Part shown: positions 36,839-47,050 of the stretch, piece after piece | Numbering within the stretch: position 1 is the first letter of the stretch | Layout: the number at the start of each line of letters is the position of its first letter | Assembly: GCA_973895155.1 (NCBI GenBank) | Contig: OZ316899.1 | Location: 1,821,573-1,885,572, forward strand | Source of the DNA: Marsupella aquatica | Taxonomy: Eukaryota > Plantae > Marchantiophyta | Reading direction: 5' to 3' | DNA: 64,000 nt | Program-made: the position numbers and the translations under genes | Notes under the pieces: generated by a model | Seen by the model: only the letters and a program-made list of their open reading frames with translations | Databases searched by the model: none | What the model was told of the DNA's origin: nothing

Positions 36839-38840
36839 ATAATCAGATTATCAAGGATAAACTGACTCGGACCCAGGAAGAGTTGGCCAATGCGATCAAG
36901 GAGAAGGAGAAGTGGAAGTGAGAGCTGAGAAACGCAGAGGAGGCCCACATAGCAGCCAGCAACCGGGCCATGGCGGAGACCCAAAGAAGGGAGAGGGCAT
37001 TGAAGGGGAAGCTCGAGGATATCCGCGGAGCCCTTGAGCAGAAGGAGACCGAGTTAGGGAAATTCTATCAGGCGATTGTGCTACGACAGGAGCTTGCATC
37101 CCTGACGGCCAGCTTCAAGGCCGACCTCCGTGAGAAAGACGACCAGCTCAACCAGACTTAGGCCAAGATGAATAAAATGGAGTTTGAGGTCATAACAGAG
37201 CTCGACAAGGAGCTAAGAGCAACCCGGGAGGAGAGGGCTACCTTAAAAAAGGAGCTAGAGGAAGCCCAGAGAGAGTTGGAGGAAGCCCAGAAGGAGCTGG
37301 AGGAGGCGCGTAAGGACCTGGACAAATTGCAGGAGGAGTTGAAGGAAAGCACATGGAAGATGGAGAACTTACAGCGGCGAGCCGACAACCAAATGGAGCG
37401 GCTGAAGAAACAGGCCGCAATATTTAAGTGCTTGGCTTCCTCAAGTCCCACTCCAATAGGGACAACCAAGTTGCCAGGAGTAGTACTGGCCAAAGGACAA
37501 GCCGAGACACTTGCACCGGTGCCGGAGGTAAGTGGCAAGGTGAAGGGGCCAAGCTGCCAAAATAGGGAAGAAGAAAAAGCAAAAACCTTTTGGGTCAGGG
37601 AGTAACACGGCTTCTCAAGCCATCGTGACCAAGGAGGTAAACCCGACACCAACCTCAAGCAGGGTCACGGTAGGGGATCCAACTGTCCTACAAGGCAGGG
37701 ATGGCAAGGGCAAAGCCTGAATGCTCAGTGATGAGGCCGGTGTACCGAATCCACCACTAGAGCAGGTCGGGGAAGCCGTAGCCATATCGGAGGCCGTGGC
37801 CGATGCTGAGGCCGAAGCCGAGGGGGGACCCAGTCAGGCTGATGGAGAGTTGACTCGGTCCATAGCAGGTAATCTGTCAGAGGACAGACCTACGGTAGTG
37901 GCTGCGGAGGAAGTGTTGGGGCGTCCATTGAGGATCAGCCACCACTACCATGACGGTGGTGGAGGGCCACTCCTTTTAAGGAGGGCAGACGTGGAGGGAG
38001 GAGGCGTGAGTGGGCAGGGCGGGCTCAGATCTCCAAGTTTAGAATTAGGATCAGGATCGGGAGGCGGCCCTGACACTTAGCTTAGTGGGATTGCGGATCC
38101 ACTGGTAAGAGCAACACTTGTGCTCCTGCCTCGCTGTACATAGGTAGATTATGGTCAGGTTAGATTAGGCTTACGCTGCAAGGAATTGGGTGGATCCACT
38201 GCCAGGATAAGTACCTGGGCAGCGGGGGGGTTCAGGGCCTTCTTCCTTAGCAAGTTTTTAGTGCACCAGTAGGGCTGGGATCAAGTAGTTAAAGAAGCTC
38301 TTGGTTAGTTATGATGTGTATATTCATGTTTCCTCATACCTAAGAGATGAATAGAGTTGGGCTCACGGCTTAGTTCGCAGATCTTGTGTATGAGAAGTAC
38401 TGTTTGTATGGCAAGTGCATGGTATAACTCAGTCAGAAGGAGTCATTTTGCTATTTGTGTGTCGCATTAACTTGTTTGAAGATTGCCCACATCAACCAAG
38501 AAGGGAGTAAGCAAGGTAGTAAGAGTTGGATGTGTCGAGCTGAGAGAGGTCTTAGCGGCTTACCCAAGCCAGTTGGGGATCATTCCGGCGGCGGAATCCA
38601 AACATACCTAAAGGAAGACCAGGAGAGGAGGACAAGGGAAGGCATAGAAGAGGCCGGCTACCTATCTCATGACCCTATGAAGGATCTGTCCAGTATATGT
38701 GTGTAAAATGTTAGTAGAAGGAAGTTAGCAGCGTTCCATGCCTCTAAGCCGCGAAACCGGCCTCGCCAAGAGCAAAACCTACGAGAATCGGCTTGTGCAG
38801 GGGGGTTTCTTGGGTTCAGGGAGCCAGGGGACGCACCACA

Positions 38841-39025
38841 ACTAGGCAGAGGTGAATGGCTGGTAAGAGCCCCTTGCTCTTGCTCCTCTCCAAACACTTC
38901 TTCTTCAGTCCATTGGCTCACCATGTTCAACATGTATACCTCATCCTCAGATTTGGTACTCAACTCATCGGAAAGCTCAGAATCATATTCATCCAACTCA
39001 TCAGTGGTCTCTCCTTGATGCTTGT
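38841..39025 (-). pseudogene. pol: Family-C gypsy pol fragment (post-protease spacer), continuing 59170-59697
   Basis: Reads in frame from ...SVLWGHDK across the CTTGT TSD into acidic spacer DEYDSELSDELS; bounded by family-B LTR termini on both sides. Confidence 0.75.
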
Positions 39026-40534
39026 TGTGATGCCTAGCTAGGAATCACTAGGCCAGTTTAAATGGTAAAATCAGGAGTATACCCTGGAAACACATTAGTA
39101 TAGTAACAAAAACAAGAAAAATATAAACAATTAAGGGTGACTATGGAACCCGAGCCAAGGCCGGAAGTAAGGACGTCGGGAGAGGGAACACAATTAGGGT
39201 TAGGGCGCGCTAAGTACCGGCGGCTATGGGTAACTAACGGGAAGAAAGACCAGGCAGGGGGGGTAAGGATCGATCGCAAGGAATGGTGGCTCATTTGCAA
39301 GCACGAACTAAGCAGACGACTACGTGAAGCAACTACTGTCAGCAGCTTAGGCAAGCACTTGGGGAGGGAGCAGATACCGACTATCAATTCAAGGAAGGGT
39401 ATGAGCAACGTCAATCAGGCTGCTCATTTTGGGGATGCCTGTTAGAATGGGCAACTAAGTACATTGGGACCTACGAGGACAAAGAATCGGAGAGAGCCGC
39501 TAGAGAATGGTAGGAGCTCGCTCAACTATGGGAGCTGCAAAAGTTTGCCTTCTTAGGAGGAGAACTCATCACGGCTGAATTCTTGTGGACACCTACTGGC
39601 AACGAACTCGACAATCTTCTATTTTGTGAGAACCGAATAGTCAGCATCCGGGAAGCCATCAACCGCTGCAACGACATACACTGGGAGTTGAAGGGTAGCA
39701 CGGAGGGGTGGACGAAGGCAACCGTGCTAGGAGAAACATCCACGGCAGCAGCTTTGAAGAGGAAAGGGAACGCCAATGAAGTGACCACCCCTGCAATGAG
39801 AACAAGGTCGGCGGCACCAAGGAAGCCAGCCAAGCAAGGGAGCAGGAGGCAGGACGAAGCCGAAGAAGAGGAGGTCGACCCCATCAATGTCGTTCCGACA
39901 AGAGATGACACCTAGAAAGGCTGGGCGGCGACCCTCCCCGAGGAAGTGCAATTACACTTTGCACGTGAAGAGGATGCATGCTTTACGACTATGCAGACTT
40001 GGAAGTACCAGGGCTTCATGGCCAGATCCGGCTTGGAAGCTTTTGTGAAATTACCATGGCTGAAGCCGGAGGTGCCGGATTCAGACTTATTAGAATTTGT
40101 GGGATCATGGAAACCTGAGACCAATTCCACAAGGGTGTATGGGAAGGATTTCTATCTCACTCCATGGGTGATTGCCGAAGTGTTTGGCTTGCCGATGGGC
40201 AATAAGACCAAAGTTGATACCCAGAAGACCTTGCCAGACAAGGAGTTCCGATCGTTCCCAGGGCCATCAACGAAGAATGGCTTCTTTCGGAACACCTGCA
40301 CCAACCCGCACATAAGAGAGATCATCGATTTCGTGCGGGTAACCATGCACTGCAACTTGCCAAGGCCAGAGATCGGCAAGGCACAGGTCTACCTAGCGGA
40401 AAGGCCAGACCCAAGCCGAGACTACACGGGTACCTCCTCACCCAACTGAAGAAGATCTTGAAGGAGGAACAGTAGGCGATCGGCATGGGAAGCGTGTCCC
40501 GGGGGCTATCACATGCCGCTGTTGTGCCAGTATG

Positions 40535-43500
40535 TGTGGCACGGTTCCCAAGACCTCTAACACCGAGAACTACCCTCAACCAATCATAAACCACTTGGTT
40601 ATGTCGGTCCTCTTTCCTTACGACAGCTATTCAGCTTGGAAATGCGATACTCTCCTTGGGTCCACACTTACCGGACCGATTCTTTCACTGGGCTTGTGAA
40701 TTGTGCACAACTGAGACACCTAATTCCTCTTTAACTTCTTCAGGTATATTTGTATTTCGCCCCCGAAATGTACCTCTACGGCTTAATTTCTTAAGCCGGC
40801 TGAAGGTCTTTTTCAGACTGACTCAACCCACACTTCACCGACTAACACTCTCAATCCTCACTGTTCTCTCAGAGTTTGATTTGGGCAGTCTCCAATCAAG
40901 GCAATGCGATTGTATTTTGCTCAACAGTTCACCCTATCTGACTTTAATCGATCAAGCAACAGATATCATAACACTCAACTTCTTGGATGGCAAGAATCTA
41001 CGAACTATGCAACGAAGCCAACTCAATTCAAACAATTGCTCAAAAATCCAAGGGAACTGGTGGTTTACTGATACCCTGCGGTCTAGATTTAGCCGAGAGC
41101 TTCCTGTGTTTACAACAATACAGATTAACACTAAAGCCTTGACTAAGAAAAAGCCCCTAAAACCACGCTGCCCAGGTTTTTATCCTTGCAGCGCTATAAA
41201 AAAAACAACAAAGATCCTAACCACCACACATGGCCTTCCACCGTCTTCAACTTCATCGTTAAGCCGTAGTATCTCGACCTTGGCCGTCTTCAACTCCTCA
41301 TTTAAGATCTGCACGATCTCCAACTCTTGCTTATCTACGGCTGCTTTCAAGGAGTCGTTGATACCTTCCAGTTTTGTGACCTTGTTCGTCCATGCCTGCT
41401 TTGTCCTGGTTAGCTCCTCCTAAAGCTCCTTGCGTATCTGTTGAACTCGGTTTAGGTGATCATTGGCCGCCGTGCACATGGCGTCATCATGCTTTTCACG
41501 CATGGTCTCCAACCGGTCGAGTAACTTATCATACTTCCTTTGGGCTTCTACCAAGGCCTTTTTGCTCTGGGTGGCCTGCTCCTTAGCCGTCTTTCTGAGC
41601 CTCTCAACTTGGCAATTTAAACCCTGTACCTCTACTTTTGAATCGGCTAACTCTAGCTCTATCTTCGTCAACTTTTCCTTGATCTGTTGGTTATCCAATT
41701 GGTAGTTTTCCAATTGGTTGTTTGCCACGTCCAATTCCTGCTGCCTAGCCAAGAGATCCTGCTGAGTTGGTTGAGCAGACTTTGTCTTAGCAACTTTGGC
41801 CTCCATGGAGCGAAGTCGAGCGATTACTTCCTCCTTCTTCAATCGCTCCAATGTCATTGCCTCCTCCAGTCTCGTCTGATCAGCCATTTCTTTTCTAAGA
41901 AATGGCCCGGATTCCAACTCGTTGCCGAAGATTTCTAAGGCTAAGAGTCCACACATGTCTCCATACTCCTTAGCCCGATTTCTTGCATAGTTTGACCTCC
42001 CAGGTGATACTGGCATCTACCATCAAGGTCGTCTCTCCCAAGCTTCAGCCCGTAATTGGTCAAAGTTAGTGAGAGGTTCGGCTTGCCTCTCACTAAGCCG
42101 TCTTATTCCTTCTGGCCACTCACCTCCTGGTAGCTGGCATTCGTGTTCTGCATTCCGGGCCCCCCACTCCTTAATCTTCTCATGTAGCCCGGCTTCAGCT
42201 TCCTTCATCTTGTCGAATTCCAATGGCGTCACATCTAGATACGGAGGAGATTCTGGCATTTTCTGGTCCTCCGGTTTGCCATAGAAGACCATAGGAAGTC
42301 TTCTACAAAGCCTTCCCATCGTTCTAACTCCTGGGACCGGCCTCTCCCCATGATCGACATAGTTGTCGTCGTAATCATCCACATTGACCTGACTACCTAA
42401 CATGCCGGCCTCTCCTCCAAAGCCCCCAATCTCCTCCTCTAAAAATTGTTGGGCTGCAACTAGTTGACCTTCCACCACGGATCCGTTCACTTGGGCTCTG
42501 TTAGAAGCTTTTACAACCGGCCTCTCCTGGCCTCGGCTTACCTCCTCGTCTGTCTCCGAATCCATTTGCTCGTCATATTTCTTTCTCTCTTCGGCAGTCA
42601 TCTTCCTCTCGACCAACTGGATGCCTGCATATGGATTATTGCGAGTAGCACTAGTAGAAACCGGGGGGTATTTAGACCCCATAAAACAACTATTCAGTAC
42701 CGTATAGGACTTGGAAACGACTGGGAAGGACTCCAGTCCTTTATAGGACTATGAGTCGTATGTTTTGTTACTATAATCAACTGAGTCCTTTATAGAACTG
42801 GTTTATAAGTCGTTTTATAGACTGGATTTTCAGTCTATTGTAGTCTTTGTGTGGGTAGGTTTGGTGAGTCTTTTTTAGTCTTTTATGGACTGCGATGGTG
42901 AGTCGTTGGGAACGACTCAAAAGGTTATGGAGGGTAGTCTTTAAGTATACTTTGTGGGTTTATAAAACGACTAAAGTAGACACTTTGTGGGGTATGTACA
43001 AGTCTTTCATGTCAACTGGAAATGAGTGATGAAGACCCCACTATACTACTTGGAATGAACTCACTCTTGTGCACAAATAACACATTCCATTCATGTTTTA
43101 TTGTGTACTTGGAATGAACTCACTCTATAAGGTCACCATTCACCATGTTAACATTAGAACCTCACACAAATTTTCAGAAAGCCATCTTCTATACCATGTA
43201 CACTAATATGAATTCACAGATTCAAACATCATAGACTACAAAGAAGGTCACAAAGCATTTGTCTATACCATACACACTAATACTTAAATGATACAAAACA
43301 GATTCAAGTATCATAGACAATCACCATAGAGCCATAGTTTGACATCAATCACTTGTTTCATATATACAGAATTCAGAAATATCAATGTCACACACAACGG
43401 CTCCTTCATCCTCTTTACCAAATGGAAAAATTGGTACAAATATTTCTTGGATCTTTCCAAGGCACTGTCAAAATGTAACACATGTCACATGATTCTATCT

Positions 43501-45389
43501 ACACTTGCATTCAGTCACTGCAGACTAACACACTCTGATGGCCAGAGCACAAGAGATCCTACTGCATGTGCAATTATTTCCTGAGGTGGATCATCGTCTC
43601 TATTCGGAAATGGCAAATTAGGCCGGTGTTCATGTGAACCGGTGCAATGGTTTTGAGTCATTTGAAGTTGCAAAAAAGGACTTAGTGGCCTTAGTCCTAT
43701 AAGGTTTGGTCTAAATTGCCCCGGTTTCTACTAGTGTAGGCCGGTGTAACGGATTTCTCACTACATCATATGTTACTACCTCTGGCTCCTTGATAGGGGA
43801 ATGCTCCCGTTCTCGTGTTGCCTGTGTTGCCGACCTCCTCCCGTGGCGTCGTATGTTTAGAGGCTCCTCGTCCTCCTCCACTGCCTCAAGTGGTGCAGTG
43901 ATCTGCATCCGCTCCTATATAGGCAACACTGGTGCAAAAGACTGGCTTCTTGCATAACGGCAAAGCAATTGCAGATGGTACCCTAGTCTGGATACCGCTC
44001 CTTCCCCAATGCTCTGCTTCTCTTCGTTTAATGCCTTCTTTAACTACATTAAGAGATAGCCGTTGTAGTCTCGGCTTGCATCGATATTCTCTACCAAAAA
44101 TACCTGGGCTTTGCCAATTTCTGCTCTCGGTAAGGTACAATGCAATGTGACTCTCAGGAAATCAATCAGCTGCCCTATATGTGGGTTGGTACATTGATTC
44201 CTAAAAAACCCATTCTTAGTGGAAGGCCTTGGAAATGACCTGAACTGGTCGTCCGGCAACATCTTTCTCTGCTCCACCTTTGTTTTCCTTCCTGTTGGTA
44301 AAGCGAACACGGCTTCGATAAGCGCAGGAGTTAATTCGAACACCTTTCCATACAGCAACGTTGTGTTGGAACAAGCCTCCCAGCATCCCACGAAGTCCAA
44401 CAGATCCTCATCCGGTATGTCTACCATTCTCCAGGGCAACCTGACAAAGCCCTCCAACCCAGTGTCATTCATATATCCTGCATATTTGTTATCCTGAATG
44501 GCACTGAAGACCTCATCCTCATCTCTTGCGAATTGTAATTGTAAATCGGCAGGTAACCTGTTCGCCCACCCTGTCATGTTTTTATCTTCTACAGCCCGAT
44601 CTCTAATTGGCCCGGATTCCATCTTGATTGGTCTCTCCAACCTAGTTCGCTTTGCTGGAGTTGCAGATGCCGAACCTCCCTTGCGCTTCATCTCTTCAGT
44701 GCCTGAATACTCCCCAAGAATAGCTGCCTTTGTCCACTTTGCAGTGTGACCCTTCAATTCCCAAAGTGGTTGCCCGGCGTTCTTGATTGCCTCCCTGATC
44801 CCCACGACCTTATTCTCCCGAATTAGCAATTCGTCAAGCTCCGCACTGGTGGGTGTCCACGAGAACTTTTCCAATACCTCCTCCGTATCTACAAATGCCG
44901 ATTTATGAATTTCCCACAATCGCGCAAGCTTTGCTCGTTCTCTGGCTGCGCGCTCCGGCTCAACGTCTTCATACGTAGGTATCAGCTGCCTTGCTTCTTC
45001 AAGCAAACAGCCCCAAAACTTCTCTGCCTGATTCACCGTGTTCATTCCACCGAATGCCAAGAACCTGCGCAATTTCTCAAACCACCTCCCTCGTTCGATC
45101 GGCAGCTGATTTTCTAGGTTGATCGAACAAGCAATTGCACTAGTGTACAGAGTGTCGGTCCCCTCCTTACAAAGCCGCCTCCTGATGGCTTGCGTGATCA
45201 AGCCCTGATTAGGTCATAACCCTAATCCCACTTAATCGCGACCGTTGGATCAGATCCTATCACAATTTCCCCCGAACATATTGAAATCGGCTTCGATCTT
45301 TATAACTCCCTAATTATATCTACCTAATCTTTATTTAGCCATTATTTTAGGCTTAACTAAGTACTTCGTGATCCTGGCACGGCATCACA
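40535..45389 (-). mobile_element. Family-A solo LTR with an internal deletion (~41240) and a CACTA insertion
   Basis: Same termini as the family-A LTRs; perfect TSD GTATG (40530-40534 and 45390-45394); contains ORF copies 41420-42016, 42023-42682 and 44044-45201. Confidence 0.92.
42649..43736. mobile_element. Non-autonomous CACTA (En/Spm) DNA transposon, 1088 bp
   Basis: TIRs CACTAGTAGAAACCGGGG / CCCCGGTTTCTACTAGTG (similarity extends to ~29 bp); 3-bp TSD TAG on both sides; GACT/AGTC-rich subterminal repeats. The empty site is seen at 18391-18410. Confidence 0.95.
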
Positions 45390-46829
45390 GTATGCTCAAA
45401 GTCAGATCTTTGCCCCGGTACTTCCACTGCAGGCAAGGACCCCAGAGGAGGTTTTGGAACAGAGGCCGGCAACAGAGAAACCAAACCAGCCCGAAAGTCC
45501 TACAATCAAGCAGGTGTTTAGGCCGAGGACGGAGGACTTGCTGATGCAGCAACCAGGCATGCAGAATCTGCTGAAATTGCTGGAGAAGGAAAAGAGAACG
45601 GCAATGGCACAGGTACAAGACACTCCTTCAGAGGTCGGCCTAAGCCGACTCATGAAGGAAAACCCCTTTATCTGAGCCAAGGAAAGAAGGAGGCCGGAAC
45701 ATGAGCCGGGGGTTCGAATGTATGTAGGAGCCTCAAGTCCTGTAGCCGAGGGAAGGCAACCTAAGGCTCCTGTTTAGGAGAAACAGAGGGAAGAAGATAG
45801 GCTAAAAGCCAGAGGAGGAACTAGGACCTGCTAGCTATGATCGGCAGGAGGCCGTGTTCACGGCAAGACCAGGGGAGCAGCGGGGGGAGCCGGTAGTCCA
45901 AGCAGTGGAGGAGGCGGTGGAGGACTACGGCAATGATGACTCCAGCTACGGGTCGGACCATCATGTCCCAGGAATAAGGACCTGTGGCCATTTCATCCCC
46001 ACGCTTCCAAGAGTAGTTTGAGGGGACCCCACCCAGCAGAACAGCCCCGAGTCCCCCCCGCCAGATGTTGCTCCCCCGAGCTTTGACGACATAAAATATA
46101 CGGCACAAGAGTTGTAGGAGCGACTCAGGGAGGAAGAGAGGGTAGCCCTGGCTAGGGAGAAAGATTTACCAGGGGGAGAATGGCCAAAGGACATCAGGCG
46201 GCTTGTAGAAAAACAAAGCAGCCCTCCAACCATGATAGAAGAAATCCGCAAGGCGGCTTGGGAACAAAGGCCACGATGGTTGATGCCGATGACTTCTACT
46301 CACTCCACATATGCTAAAGAAAGAGCCATGGAGTACGGGGAGATGTGTGGAGAACTTGCGCTCAGCATCTTTGGGGAGGAGTTGGACCAGGGACCTTTTT
46401 TCCAGAGGGAGATGTTGGAAAAATGCCAATTAGAAGAAGCGGTGGCTTTGGAGAGAAGAAAGAAAGACAAGGTCATCCGTTGACTTAGGGCAAGGGAAGC
46501 CAAGGTGGAAGACCTGAAGGCAGCTAAGAAAGCCCAAGATGAGTTGCGGATTAAGCGGCATGAGCTAAACATCATGCAAGGGCAACTGGATACCGCTTAG
46601 TCTGATAATCAGATTATCAAGGATAAACTGACTTGGACCCAGGGGGAGTTGGCCGTTGCGGTCAAGGAAAGGGAGAAGTGGAAGCGGGAGCTGAGGGACG
46701 CAAAGAAGGCCCACATAGCAGCCAACAATCGGGCCATGGCGGAGACTAGGAGAAGGGAAAGGGCGTTGAAGGGGGAACTCGAGGATATCCGCGGAGCCCT
46801 TGAGCAGAAGGAGGCCGAGTTAGGGAAAT

Positions 46830-46874
46830 GGGTAATTGTAACGTGCAAGCAAACAATAGAATTTTTGCTTGCAC
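46830..46874 (+). repeat. MULE left terminal inverted repeat
   Basis: GGGTAATTGTAACGTGCAAGCAAACAATAGAATTTTTGCTTGCAC versus the reverse complement of the right end, GAGGTATTCTATTGTGCAAGCAAATAGGAGTTTTGCTAGCA; 18 of the first 24 nt match, including an 11-nt exact core. Confidence 0.8.
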
Positions 46875-47050
46875 AGGCAAGATTTCACCTTGTATTGGGC
46901 CCCAAAAAAGATGTGGAATCTTCCTCGCTAGCATGAAGACCCTGTTCAATCATTAAATAATGACACAAGAAATGCGTAACGATGAGTATTTTCTAGTCCC
47001 TTGAATGCACTAGATCCATTTCCGATCAGTTGAAATAACATTTTCTTCAG

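Larger units (their letters stand above)
13033..38840 (+). repeat. Family-B 3' LTR (~4.7 kb net), interrupted by the family-A element and the copia element
   Basis: Starts TGTGATGCC after the PPT and ends GACGCACCACA at 38840. Segments 13033-15451, 30964-31279 and 36839-38840 are collinear with the solo LTR 39026-59169. Confidence 0.88.

Noticed and set aside
40656-41423. 255-aa ORF as a distinct gene
   Set aside because: It is an antisense frame across non-coding LTR sequence and a deletion junction, and is not open in the other family-A LTRs.
9618-46251. Many short ORFs antisense to the LTR accessory ORFs (for example 9618-9935, 14555-15016, 18344-18721, 39522-39911)
   Set aside because: They are shadow frames of repetitive, codon-biased sense ORFs and recur only because the LTRs are duplicated.
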